From positions 2,234,001 through 2,298,000 of the forward strand of contig NC_086109.1 in NCBI RefSeq assembly GCF_963921235.1: a stretch of 64,000 nt of DNA, read 5' to 3'. The notes below the pieces were generated by a model that saw only the letters and a program-made list of their open reading frames with translations, was not told the DNA's origin and did no database searches. This DNA comes from Mobula hypostoma (lineage: Eukaryota). This document shows, piece after piece, positions 27,127 to 40,447 of this stretch (position 1 is its first letter; every line of letters begins with the position of its first letter). Both the position numbers and the translations under genes were made by a program.

Positions 27127-28254
27127 CACAGCCACGGGCTCTGCCACGTGATCTTCACGGCCGCCCAGCCGGATGGTAGAATTTGTTCGGCAATCGCGCT
27201 CGTGAGTTTGCACGTTCAGGTTAATTAGTTGTTCCGTTATGCTGGCACTTAACTCCCCTCTTTTCGTCCTAGTCTTCTCCACATCGGACCAAAACCACAT
27301 TCAACGTCTACGCTCCTACTTGCCCTCATCCTTTTCGGGGAAAGAGGACTAACGTTTCGACAGACGCCCTATAGGAGCGGTTTTACAAACCTTTGTAGTA
27401 TTTAGTAATCGCTCTTCGCCGCAGTGTTGGCGTTAACTTTCAGTCTTAAAGTTTTAGTTGTTACCTTCAGATTCTTCTCTCCCGGTCCTCTGCTTTCTGG
27501 GGTCTACGACCTCTCCTTTCTGGCTTCTTCTCTCCATCCGCAGTGTTGGCGGTAACTCTCAATTTGAGAGTACTAGTTAACCGCCATGTTGGCCTAGCGT
27601 TTAGTTTTTCTCTTTTCCTTTAAATTCTGCAACAGTTCTCATTTAAGCTAGTGAACTATTGACCCGCTTCAGTCGTCCATGGAATAAATTTCCACAGAAT
27701 CACAACCGACTGGCCTAAAGAAATCCCTCCTCAGCTTTGTCCAAAAGGGGCGCCCCTCTACTCTGAGGTTGCGCCCTCTGTTCCCTGACTCCCTCAATAT
27801 AAGAAACACACTCTCCACATGGACTCTGTCTAGGCCGCGCGGTATTGGATAGGGTTCAATGTGATCCCTCTCATTCCTCTAAACTACACAGAGTACATGC
27901 CCAGAACCAGAAGATGCTAATCATACATTAACCCTTTCATTCCTTGTACAGTATACGCATAATCATAGGAAAATAATACCACATAAGCAACAATCACGAG
28001 AAACACAAACTAAGCGTAATTTATGCAAAAAGTTTACAAAGACGCAACTAAACAAAAGAAAAAATACAAGGTGCTTTGCAGTACAAAGCGGTAAAAGTTA
28101 TGAAGTTGCAAAACTATAGTGCCTATTGATTTTCTGACTGGCTCAAGAATCTTTTGGTAGAACGGAAGCACTGTTCTTGAACATCATGTCGTCACCAACA
28201 CCTGCTTGTGTCTACTCTTTCTGCCTGACTCCCGGATTGAACATGAAGTTCAAC

Positions 28255-28909
28255 TTAGATTATGAGGACACTGAGTCCTCGTTTATTGTCATTCAGAAAT
28301 GCATGCATTAAGAAATGATACAATGATACAGTATGATATCACAGAAACACAGGACAGACCAAGACTAAAACTGACAAAAACTGGCATATAGTTACAACAG
28401 TGCAAAACAATACCGTAATTTGATAAAGAGCAGACCATGCGCACGGTAAAAAAAAAGTCTCAAAGTCCCGATAGTCCATCATCTCATGCAGACGGTAGAA
28501 GGGAGAAACTCTCCCTGCCATGAACTTCCAGCGCTGCCAGCTTGCCGATGCAGCACTTCTGGAGCACCCGACCGCAGCCAACTCTGAGTACGTCCAAAAA
28601 CTTCGAGCCTCCAACCAGCCCTCCAACACCGAGCACGGAGCACCATCTCTGCCGAGCGCTTTGAACCGCCCCGGCTGCCGAGCAACAAGCAAAGCCGAGG
28701 ACTCGGGGCCTTCCCCTCCGGAGATTCTGGATCACACAGTAGCAGCAGCAGCGAACAGGCATTTCAGAAGTTTCACCAGATGTTCCTCCGTGCTGTCACG
28801 TCTGTCTCCATCAAATCAGGATTGTGCACGACACCCTACTTGACAGATAACAGATATACATCACCGGAGTGGCCGCTGCGAGCTGCGTCGCGCCGCCATC
28901 TTCTTCTCT
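28255..28909 (-). mobile_element. Non-autonomous ~640-bp retroposon (SINE-like)
   Basis: Reverse complement of 46011-46647; 5' AAGATGGCGGCGCGACGC, 3' AATAAA plus GAGGAC-N5-GTCCTC hairpin and ATAATCTA tail. Confidence 0.75.
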
Positions 28910-29444
28910 TATCTTTTTATGTGTACTGATCTCGTGCACAAACAGTAAGATGAGAAACAGGAAGACGGACAGCAATAAGTGGCGGAAGATCTTCTCTGCG
29001 TAACTGTTCCCAAATCTCCCGCGCTGTCATGTGTTGAGATAACAAAATTGAAGGTCTTGTCATCGGAACCATTCCGACATCCAGACTGATTGAGGTTCTT
29101 CTTTCTAACAACGACAAGGGTAAATATATAATGCTGAAACAGGGCTGCCTATTCCGATATCATCGACTGCTCCCGAATCAGGAGGCACCACAGTTACTCT
29201 CCGAACACACCATTATGTGGGGTTTGTGCTGCTTCACTTTCCCTTTACCGGAGTCAGATCGACCTTGTCTCGTTGCATCGAGAATTAGAGATTAATCCGC
29301 CGAACAAACTGCAGACCTGAACCATAGTTTTCAATGAATAACTACTATAATCTTGTTACCCACGAGGTGAAGTCTCCATCTCCTCTTTTCCACTTCAGGT
29401 TGTTCTGAGGGGCGTTTGAAATATACTCCCTAGGCAGCAACCAC

Positions 29445-29604
29445 ACTCGAACCTAGAGCCACTCATATTCCCAGCCCCAAGACGAGCATCAGGTGCTTAT
29501 GATTAAGCCCAACTGAAACAAGGGACAGCTGGACGACCTGGAGTCCGGAGTCCACGGACTGGACCGTGAACCGGAGCGTGGACTTCACGGACCGGACCAT
29601 GATA
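29445..29604. mobile_element. Terminal fragment of LTR family A
   Basis: Matches 40320-40447 and 17480-17600 (CCAGCCCCAAGACGAGCATCAGGTG...GGACTTCACGGACCGGACCATGA). Confidence 0.75.
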
Positions 29605-30335
29605 TTTCCCTTCAATCTTTCCTGTAATTACCATGCATTCTAACTCGTCTTTCCTAAATCACATGTCCAATGAAGACACATTGCCTTTTTATTATCTCAT
29701 ACATTATTTCTCTTTTTGTGTTTGCTCTGTTTATGACATTCTCATTAGATATTCATTTTGTCCATGATATTCTTTGCATCCTCCTCAAAAACCACATCTC
29801 TGCTGCTACAATTTGTTTCCTTAAGTTACTAGATATTGTCCAACATTCTGAGCCAATTAACATAACTAGATAAACATAACATTTCAGTGCTCTGAGGCAG
29901 GTTGCCATGCCTAGTTTAGTATTGGTCAGTATACTCTTCATTCTCATAAAGGTGTCTTTTGCCATCCCTATTCTTCTTTTGATGTCCATGTCGCACCTGC
30001 CATCTGATGTCACCCAGCTTCCTAAGTAGCGAAATTTCTGTACTTGTTTTATGTCTTCCCCATTTATTCTCAGCCTGCAGATAGGATTTTCCTTTTATTT
30101 TTTTGGATATCACCATACATTCTGTTTTTTGCAATTAATAGATAGACCCATTTTTGCACTTTCTTCAACAACTATATCAATTAAGTTTTGTAGTTCTTCC
30201 TCCGTACTTGCAAATAACACAGTGTCATCCACATATCTGAAATTATTGATGTTTTCACCGCCAACTTTGATTCCCAAGATCTCTCTTATTTTTTGTAATT
30301 TTGTTGCACTGTACACATTAAACAAATCAGGGGCG
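29605..30335 (-). mobile_element. RTE-clade LINE RT fragment
   Basis: INNFRYVDDTVL...GLSINCKK and DGRCDMDIKRRIGMAK...AAEMWFLRRMQRISWT, frameshifted. Confidence 0.85.
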
Positions 30336-30764
30336 AAAAGATACTGTAGGGAAGGAATTCATGTATATTTTCCCTAGTTTTCCGATCGGTGCATAGTTTC
30401 TGTAGATTTCAGTGGCGGGGAGGGCAATGTTGCATTGCACGCATTCTGGGATCAGTGCACAGTCATTATCCGGTATCTTTTTGAACCGACCCTTCCAATG
30501 GTGGCACCGATACCATGTATTCCACCGCGCCTTTCCAGATTAATTACAGTCTTCCTACGATGGAGTGACACACGGTTCTCCAGCTGTGGTCTGACCAACA
30601 CCAAACAATACAGCCCCGGAACAGGCCTGTCAGCTCATTATGATCCGCTGATCTAACTCAACTTGTAATTATGTGACTAACTAAAAAAAATCCCTTCTGC
30701 CTACAGAAGATCCATTTTCCTCCATTCTCGATACGTTAATGTAGCTATCTAAGAGCCTATTACT

Positions 30765-32400
30765 AGACCACAAGACATAGGAACAGAATTAGGCCATTCA
30801 GCCTATCGAACGTACTCCCCCATTCTATCATGGCTGATCCCGGATCCCATTCAGCCTTATCCACCTGCTATCTGGCCATATCCTTTGATGCCCTGGCCAA
30901 ACAGGAAACTATCAACTTCCTCCTTAAATATACCTGTGGACTTGGCCTGAATCTCAGTTTGTGGCAGAGTATCCGCAGATTCACTACTCTCTGGCTAAAA
31001 AAAAATCCTACTTACCTCTGTTCTAAATGGCCTCCCTTCAGTTTTGAGTCTGTGCCCTCTAATTCAGGATACTCCCTCCATAGGAAACATCCTCTCCACA
31101 TCCACCCTACCTAGTCCTTTCCAATGAGATCCCCCGGCATTCCTCTAAATTCCAGCGAGTACAGGCCCAAAACTGCCAAAAGCTCCTCATTTGTTAATCC
31201 CATTCATTCCCGGAATCATCCCCATGAACATCCGCTGGACTCTGTCTCCGATGGCAACATATCCTTTCTGAGATATGGGGCCTAAAACTGTTGACAATAC
31301 TCCATGCGGCTTGACTAGTGTCCTACAAACCTCAGCAATATATCCTCGCTTCTATTCCCTTTGCAAGAAATGCAAACATTGCATTTGCCCTCTTTACCAC
31401 GGAGTCTAATGTAAATTAAGCATCTACGAGGCGTACACGACTCCTTCTGCACCTCTGATGTTTGAACCTTCTCCCCATTTAGACAATAGTCTACACTATT
31501 TTTCCTTTTACCAAAATGCTTTATCATACATTTCTCAACACTGTATTCCATCTGCCACTTTTTTGATCATTCTTCCAATTTGTCTAAGTCGTGCTGTAAT
31601 CACATTGCTTCCTTAGCACTACCTACCCCTCCACCTATCTTTGTATCACCCGCAAACTTTGCCACAAAGCCATCAATTCCATTATTCAAATTATTAATGG
31701 ACAATGTAAAAGTCGTAGTCCCAGTGTGGACCACTGAGGAACACCTCTAGTCACTGGCAGCTATCCAGAAGAGGCCCCCTTTATTCCCACGTTCTCCCTC
31801 TCAACCATTCCTCTATCCATGCCAGTATCTTCCCTTTAACGCCATTCGATTTTTATCTCGTTAAACAGCCTCATGTGTGGCACCTTAACAAATGCCTTCT
31901 GAAAACCCAAGTTAATAGCATCCACTGTCTCTTATTTGTTACTTCCTCAAAGGTTTCTAACAGATTTGTTAGGCAAGATATTCCTTTACAGAACACATGC
32001 TGACTTTGACTTACTTTATCGTTAGTCTCCGAGTACCCTGAAACCTGATCCTAACTAACACTTCAACACTTTCCCAACCACTGAGGTTTGGCTAACTGGC
32101 CTATAATTTCCTGTCTTTTGCCTTACATCCTTGCCAAAGAGTGGGGTGACATTTTCAGTTTTTCAGTCCTCCGGGACCACGACAGAATCAAGTGATTTTG
32201 AAAAAGCATAACCATTGCTTCTGTTATCTCTTCCGTAACCCCTCTCAAGACTCCGGGATGAATGGTACTCACTGCTGCTCCCTGACATTCACGGAATACC
32301 TAGCACGCTGCTGGTGTCTTTCACAGTGAAGGCTGAGGTATAGTACCATTAAATTCATCTACCATTTCTTTGTCGCCCATTACTGCTTCACCAGCCTCAT
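30765..32400 (-). mobile_element. Degenerate CR1 RT and 3' end
   Basis: Reverse-complement CR1 ORF2 motifs (KFAGDTKIGG, MEYSVEKCMIKHFG) and 3' UTR. Confidence 0.75.
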
Positions 32401-32419
32401 TTTACAGGGGTATTCGCGG

Positions 32420-32820
32420 TCTTTTGTCGGCGATAGACGAAGAGAAAAGACGCGAGAAGAGAGGGCTCGTAGACCGCATGGCGGAGTGACTTGAAGTAAG
32501 GGTTAGGGAGTTGCCGACGCTTAGAGGAATTCGATAGACGACTTATGGACAGAATATCGTGAGCTCCAACGTGCACATTAGACTGTTTCATTAAAAAGGG
32601 CCCTTTTTTTTGTTTTTTCTTACTAACCCTCTAGTCGAATTAAGAATTATGAAACTCACCGGTTTTCATTGCATATGGTGTACTGTCTGATATTTCGTGA
32701 TACTGATTTGTAACAGGGTGACACATCACGCAGCATCCACACAAATGAGACTTCACACATTTGGCGGGGCCAGAGACTGTCTTCCCTAGACTAATGCCGC
32801 CGGGCGAACCTGAGGGTAAC
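32420..32820. mobile_element. Partial LTR related to family B
   Basis: Shares CAGCATCCACAC...TTTGGCGGGGCC...CCCTAGAC...CA with 13190-13292 and 48980-49100. Confidence 0.55.
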
Positions 32821-33639
32821 AATTGTATCAATAAACAGACACTCAACACAGAGTTTCTTTGCTGCCGTACACTGCGCGAGTCTGTATGCATTTCTGAGTT
32901 CCATAACCATGTCTTTAAGTGTCAGTCTCTGAGTCTGTGTGCAGCTACCTCTGAATTTATTTGTGCCTGTCTCTCCCTTTATGTGTGTTTTGCTGTGCTT
33001 ACAATCCTCCCTGGGGGACTTTGTGATTGTGCACCTGTCGTTGTTCTTGAGTGAAATTGCACCTGTCTGTGTGTCCCTGTCCTTGTGTAACCTCACCTCA
33101 CCTCTTGCGTGTAACTGCTTCTGCATTCGGATCCACCAGCAAGTGTGCCTGATTCTGGTTGTAACTGTACCTATGTTTCTTTTTGCAATTGCTGCGACCT
33201 GTCTGTGAGTTTGATTGTCTCTGTCTGTCAATGTGTCAGTCTTTGCATGTATTTGCACCTGTCTCCATGTGAGTGTTTTTGCACAGTCCAGGAATGTCCC
33301 TGACTCTGTTTGCGAGTGTGCTTGCCCATATGTATTTTTCCTCTCACTGACTGCGTGTGGACTGCAGTTTGCGAGCTTCCCTGCATCTCCTTCCCATCTG
33401 ACCGTGCTGTTAATTGTGAGGGTCGCTGCCAATAAGCGCACCCGCCCTATGAAAATACGCGGCAATGCATATCTCTGTACGTATGTCTGCCCATGTGCGC
33501 AGTTATAGTTGTATGTGTATATACCTATTAATGTCCATGTGTGATTTTGTCCTGCTAAGTGTACTTGTCTCTCTATCTGGTCCTTGATCTCTCGTTTTCT
33601 ATATCTCTCTCCTTCTGTCTCTCTCACAGAGTCTCTCTA

Positions 33640-35480
33640 CAGAACATAACAGAGCACCCATAGTTCAGTCCCTCCCTACCTACATCCGGGATACATCCCA
33701 TGCCCTCAACCTCTTCAATAACTTCCAGTTCCCTGGTCCCAACCGCTTCATTTTTACTATGGATGTCCAATCCTTATACACCCCCATTCCCCATCAAGAA
33801 GGCCTCAAAGCCCTCCGCTACTTTCTGGATAATAGACCTCACCAGTTCCCCACCACCACTGCCCTCCTCCGGTTGGCGGAACTGGTTCTCACACCCAATA
33901 ACTTCTCTTTTGGCTCTTTCCACTTTCTTCAGACCAAGGATGTAGCTATGGGAACTCGCATGCTATGCCCGCCTCTTCGTTGGTTATGTGGAACAGTCTG
34001 TGCTCCAAACCTTGTCTGGTAATGCTCCCCAACTTTTCCTTCGGTACACTGACGAATACATTGATGCTGCTTCCTGCACACATGCTGAGCTCGTCAATTT
34101 CATCGACTTTACTTCAACCTTCCACCCAGCCCTCAAATTCAGTTGGTCTATCTCGGACACTTCTCTCCCCTTTCTCGATCTCTCGGTCTCCATCTCTGGA
34201 GACAGACTGTCCACTGACATCTTCTACAAGCCCACCGACTCTCATAACTACCTCAACTATACCTCTTCCCACCACGCCACATGCAAAAATGCCATTCCCT
34301 ATTCCCAGTTCCTCCGTCTCCGCCGCATCTGCTCCGAGGATGAGGTTTTCGTTCCAGGACATCTCAAATGTCCTCTTTCTTTAAGGATCGTGGTTTCCCT
34401 TCTGCTGTCATCAATGATGCCCTCACCCACATCTCCTCCATTTCCCGCACTTCGGCCGTTACCCCATCCTCCCGCCACCACAAAAGGGACAGAGTTCCCC
34501 TTGTCCTCACCTATCATCCCACCAGCCTTCGGATCCAGCACTTTATCCTCCGCAACTTCCGCCACCTTCAACAGGACCCCACCACTAAGCACATCTTTCC
34601 CTCTCCGCCCCTCTCCGCTTTCCACAGGGATTGGTCCCTCCGCGACTCCCTGATCCACACGTCCCTCTCCACGGATCTCCCACCCGGCACTTATCCCTGT
34701 AAGCGTAAGTGCTACACCTGTCCCTACACCTCCTCTCTTGCCACCATTCAGGGTCCCAAACAGTCCTTCCAGGTGAGACAACACTTCACTTGTGAGTCTG
34801 TTGGGGTCATCTATTGCATCCGGTGCTCCCGGTGCGGCCTCCTCTACATCGGTGAAACCCGACACAGATTGGGCGACCGCTTCATCGAGCACCTCCGCTC
34901 CGTCCGCCACAACAGACAGGATCTCCCAGTAGCCACCCACTTCAACTCTGCTTCCCATTCCCATTCGGATATGTCCATACATGGCCTCCTCTACTGCCAT
35001 GATGAGGCTAAACTCAGGTTTGAGGAGTAACACCTCATATACCGTCTAGGTAGTCTCCAGCCCCTTGCTATGAACATAGAATTCTCCAACTTCCGGTAAT
35101 TCCCTCCCCCTCCCTTCCTCTATCCCTATTTCACTCTGCACCCTCCCCCAGCTGCCTATCACCTCCCTCATGGTTCCACCTCCTTCTACTACCCATTGTG
35201 TTTTCCCATATTCCTTCTTCACCTTTCCTGCCTATCACCTCTCTGCTTCCCCTCCCCCACCACTTTATCTTTCACCTTACTAGTTTTTCACCCGGAACCT
35301 ACCAGTTTTCTCCTTCCCACCCTCCCCCACTTTTTCATAGGGCCTCTGCCCCTTCCCCCTACAGTCCTGACGAAGGGTTCCAGCCCGAAACGTTGACTGA
35401 TCGTTTCAACGGATGCTGTCCGACCTGCTGAGTTCCTCCAGCATGTTATGAGTGTTGCTTTGACCCCAGCATCTGGAAAT
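33640..35480 (+). mobile_element. Penelope-like retroelement (Neptune-type), 5'-truncated and frameshifted: RT, Cys-rich linker, GIY-YIG endonuclease
   Basis: MDVQSLYT, VAMGT and LRYTDE RT motifs; CKRKCYTC linker; GVIYCIRCSRCGLLYIGET...RFIEH GIY-YIG; 3' hammerhead motif. Confidence 0.92.
35362..35399 (+). ncRNA. Minimal type I hammerhead ribozyme motif of a Penelope element
   Basis: CAGTC-CTGACGA-A-GGG(TTCCAG)CCC-GAAA-CGTT-GACTG: stem I, CUGANGA core, stem II, GAAA and a palindromic stem III. Confidence 0.7.
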
Positions 35481-36802
35481 TATTTTGTGAATGATGAGTC
35501 ATAGCCCTGACAGTGGAAAAATAATTGCGTAGCGATATTAGATGCTGATCATCTGAAATACTCTTGTAGGCAACCATTTGGGAAGTTGTTCTATTTAGTC
35601 TGAGACCGGCAAATTGATATTTCCGATAATGGAGAGCGGACTGTGTCTCACCTCCACATGGCAGTATAAAGGACAATTATCAAATACCTGTGCATTCGGT
35701 GGGAGGGGGACAGTATGATGTATTCTCCGGTATGGACTGGAAATCTGGAACCCTTGCGATTGAATGGATTAGTAACCTAAAGTACGGGCAATAAGGATCT
35801 CCTTATACGCCAACATATTTGAAGGAGAAGGATCGCGATTGGGAGAAGAATCGCCCAGAACTTTCAAGCCAGAAACGTAGGTAATATGAGTTCATCTGAA
35901 GAGAAGAACCACCCTGGTTTAGACAGCAGCAGAATATGAGGACGCGTGAATGCAGCGAATCGACGGAGATGGGCCGAAAGAAATTGTCAATTCAAAAGGC
36001 GAATTATACTGGAATTTCTAGCGGAAAAGGAGTCGGGTAATTGCCCTCGTGTTCATTTATAGATTTACCAATCTAAAATAGACGAGAACACCTTGTGAAG
36101 AATTACAATCCAACAATGAATTTCACGTCATTCAAAGCCAAGGAACTAACACGAAAAACCAGGCAGAGGAGACGACGAACGGAGTCAGGGCGCTCCAGAC
36201 CCGGATACCAGTGAGAATAATTCATGGGAACAGCTTGGTTGCTCTCAAAAACGATGGCGGATGAACGCTGGCGTTGACATTTTGCAGCAGAATTATGAAC
36301 ATCAGGCTTGTCGGTGACTGTATGAGTGATTCCGTGCAATTTGTGGGCGGATCGAATGGGTTCACGTTGTATGAAGGCAGTATCATTGTCAAAGTTAAAA
36401 CTATGAGTAACACTTTGTGAAATGGCATTTTACTGGTGACCCCGGCAATTCAAGACAGTCATTCTTTGGTATTTCAAATAATTTGCTATTAACCGGAGAA
36501 TTATGGACGTATTTACCTGGCATTCTGAGTTATTATTGTTAAATCACTTAACCTCAGGAATTGTGTTCGTGGTTTCCCATTAAATTTGATCCAGTCAGAG
36601 GGCCAGCACATGCGTTTATTGTGGAGCAGAGGTACTACACCTTGGGAAATAGCTGGAGCAGGGAACTCGAACTCAAAGGTAGATCGTGAGACAATATGAC
36701 CATAAAGCAGATAAGCAAAGTAGGTCTTTCGGTCCATCGACTGCTATTTTATGCTTCCACGTCTGTGTCGTGGTAGGCCTTCAACGAATGTCCACAGATC
36801 AT

Positions 36803-37727
36803 TCATCTGGGTTTTGGTTCAAGCCATACGATTTTATTTAGCAACTGACGTAATGAAGCGACTGGATATGTCACCGCTATCTTCACATGTTCCCTGAACT
36901 TTGATTGGGTGGCCGCATAAATAAATGTGCTCATACAGCAGCTGACATTACTCAGCAAATGTGCTACATCGTGAAAGTCTCTTCAGAATCATTCCGATCT
37001 GCTGCTGTCCCCGTGATCTGATAATAGGCGAAATCTACAACAACCATCAGCCACAGTACGATAAAGCTATCAGAGAGGGTGAAAAGTAAAACTACGGACT
37101 TTCTCCTGCTCGCCATTTCCGGATCACTGTGGTTCTGACCTTTGCTTTGAGCACGCAGCCCCTTCCGTACCCGACTGGCAACTAAAATATGCCTAACTGT
37201 GAGAGCATTGAGCAGCACAATTACAGCGAAAGGCAGTGATGGAGTTAAAACCGTATCGAACCAGTCAAATGCCACCCAGCCAGGGTCAGTGTAAAAATTG
37301 TTCATCATTACACAGAACCAGGGTACGTTGTCTATGACCTCTACAGGTTTCTGAGCAAAGTAGGACGGTAGGTTTTTGACACAAAGGAGAGTGCCTGTTT
37401 TTGTTAGGATCACAGCCGCCGTTCTCTCGTTGCTGTACTTGGATTTAAGCTTCTGGCAACAGATGACAACATATCGGTCGAGGGTGAAAGTTATAGTGAA
37501 CCAAACTGAACAGTCTATCGCTACATATGAGAGTACATATATAGTCCTGCACACAGGGGTGATGTCGAGGAAACTCATTGGAAAGTAGTGTTTACTAATA
37601 CGATACAAAATGACCTCAGTGTTATTGACCAACAGATCAGCCGGTGCCATAGCCTCCAGGTAACGAGTGGTGCATTTAGAGAGGCCACACTTTCCCCGAG
37701 ACAGGATCACAATCGCCAACAAATTCA
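36803..37727 (-). pseudogene. GPR139/GPR142-like GPCR gene 3, exon 2, with a 1-nt frameshift before TM7
   Basis: Acceptor CACGTTTTAG|TG AAT at 37727; MAPADLLV, SVWFTITFTLDRY, PWFCV, DPEMASRRKS. After a shift near 36970 the frame continues DVAHLLSNVSCCMSTFIYAATQSKFREH...PKPR* to 36803. Confidence 0.85.
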
Positions 37728-39261
37728 CTAAAACGTGTAGAAAAGATACAAAGAAGATGTTAAACATTTATCTTTCTGGACGTAACTGAAGATTCGTTTC
37801 ACGAATCTGAAGGCAGGGAGAGTGTTTCAAGTCAGTGGTTGTAAATTAGAAACAGTCTACAACATTATTGAAACTGCCCAATATTTTCCTTTTCAGTTTA
37901 AGTTAAAGGTCTCAACGATACGTCAGTAGCAGGGAATCGCCCTCCATAACCGTTAACGACAGAAATGTTGACTGTTTCTTTAAGCTATCCCAATTTACCA
38001 AAGGTTAAAACAGTCTAAAACACTATTCGAACTGCCCGATGTTTCATTTTCAGTTTAATAAGAAGCGCCTTGCATGACTATCATTGACAGAAATTTGGAC
38101 GGCTTCATCACGCTCTCCCAATTAAACTAACATTTTTCTTCTCAGCTCCAAATGAATTTCTCCCTCTATTGCGACCGTACGCACTTTCCCAAAGCCCTCT
38201 ACTGAGGAAGCATGTATCTTTCCTCACAATGTCCAGCTCAGTTATACTTCTCTGCTCGCTGTCTCTCATTATCCTTAAGCTGTTCTGAACAAACGTCAGT
38301 CTCACCTAATCTCGCTCCATAACACAGTCATAATGTCCGAGGACGCAGTCCGGATGGTGATTGCTGCACAAACATTTGATAATAAATTTACCATTTTCAC
38401 GGCAGAGAGATACAACCCATATAGTATTTTCCAGCAGCTATCTCAGTGAGCACCGATAATTTGTGGGTCAAAAAAAGCATTCTTCTCCCTATTTTGAATT
38501 CCTTCTGAGCTGAGGAGCAACACGCCATTTACATCGCGATTATTCCCGGCACCTACTGTATGACTAGTTCAAGAGGAACCCAGATTCACTGCTATATATA
38601 TATTTCATAAAATATCACCATAATAACCCATATCATAATGTTACAGAGACGCAGCGTAAAGGTTTTTCCTCCTCGTGTATGTGAAGGATGTAAGAAATAA
38701 AGTCAATTCAATACCAGTATAGACTTTCTGCCTTTTCACTTGCAATGTGGATTTCGAATTTATTGAAGATGCAATTTATCATCTGTAGATTTTCACACTC
38801 AACTCAAGCTATGTACTGTATATCTGCCCTTTTCTTTCTTATTTGTATTTCTCCCCTAACTGACAGTGACACAAGTTACTTATTGTCGGCAAATAAGGAG
38901 ATGTTATGTTTGATTCGCTTGATTGGAGGAGCGCACGGACATATGTCCCTCTGTTGCTGCTTTTCAGCCGGGAGGAGAAAAGCAAAAGACACATTTTACT
39001 GACCCGTTTCCAGTATATAACCAATGTACAGTACAGTTAATGCCAGTTTTCCCCTGCAGTCTATGAGTTTCAAATTTGCATTGGGACCTCTTACGCAGGA
39101 CTGTAACGGAAACCTTCTGAAAATATGAATTCCTTATATCCACCTGATCTACCCACTCTATCTCCTCAGTAAGAACACAGAAATACGATTCGACTTGCAA
39201 ACCTGAGTTTATTCTTCGTTCTTAAATCAAACCACTTCCTCCATTAGTGATACCCTGTGAC

Positions 39262-40447
39262 TGTCACAGGAGGGGGGCGTTGGGAGTGGACCCAAATGCA
39301 AGCCACAGACACTGAAGTACTAGGAACAGGACAGGACTAGAGCCTAGAGTTAGGGATGTGACTGGATGCAGACTAGGAGCTGAGACAACAACACAGACTT
39401 GGGCTAGGACATTGGCTAGGCAAGCGGGACCAAGACGAGGAACTGAGAACTAGGAGCTTAGGCTTGGACTCCGAGCCAGAGACTGGACAAGGACCCAGAA
39501 CCTGGATGTTAACTCGGGCTCGGACTCCAGAACTAGGCGAGGACATGACGTGGCTACAGGACTGAACATGGCTTGGGTTCTTTGTTGCTTGAGTTCCTCG
39601 AGGCTTGGGTTCCTCGAGGCGAGAACATGACGAAGCTTGGGTTCCTCGAGGCGAGGACATGACGAAGCTTGTGTTCTTCAAGGCGAGGACATGACGAGAC
39701 TTGGGTTCGGACTCCCAGCCAGGGACTGGACAAGAATCGGGCTCGGACTCCGCAACTAGGCGAAGACATGACGTGGTCTTGGGAGACAGAAACCTTGGGA
39801 CACAAAGCCGGAAGCCTTGACTTGGTCTTGGGGAGGACAGGAACACAGAGCCTTGGTCTAGAGCACGGGGACACGGAGCCTTGAACTTGAGAGACAGGAC
39901 CATGGAACACAGATCCGGGACCCCTCCTTGGGAACAGGACGTAGAGTCGGGACTCATACACAGAATGCAGAACACGCCAATACGGTTCCCAACACTAGGT
40001 AGCGGCAAACGGCTGGACCTACATAGCGAAGGCGTGGACTCAGAGACAGTTCCAACTCAACGGTAGAAAGTTCCTTATCTTGACACAGCAAGGCTCCGGT
40101 GGTTGAACTTGACAAGGCTGCAGGCAAGGCTCCAGCCACAGGTTGCGGGCAAGGCTCCAGACACAGGTTGCAGGCAGGGCTTCAGACACAGGTTGCAGCC
40201 AAGGCTCCAGAAGGAAGGGGAAGGGAAGGGAACAGTCCAGCCTCAGGGTAATGGCAAAGGCGGCCTGACTTACCCCACGGAGGCGAGGACGGGATACTGA
40301 CGAGACAAACCAGCAACCACACTTGAAACCAGGGCCACTTATATTTCCAGCCCCAAGACGAGCATCAGGTGCCTATGATTAAGCCCACCTGAAACAAGGG
40401 ACAGCCGGAAGACCTGGAGTCCGGAGTCTACGGACTGGACTGCGACA
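39262..40447. mobile_element. Solo LTR-like element (family A) with 5-bp TSD GTGAC, inside the intron of gene 3
   Basis: TGTCA...CGACA termini; GTGAC at 39257-39261 and 40448-40452. Confidence 0.88.

Noticed and set aside
26869..27300. His/Thr- and Cys/Val-repeat ORFs
   Set aside because: Translations of a (GT)n(GA)n microsatellite.
32791..33627. 278-aa minus-strand ORF
   Set aside because: Arises from degenerate GT/CT-rich low-complexity sequence; no recognisable domain.
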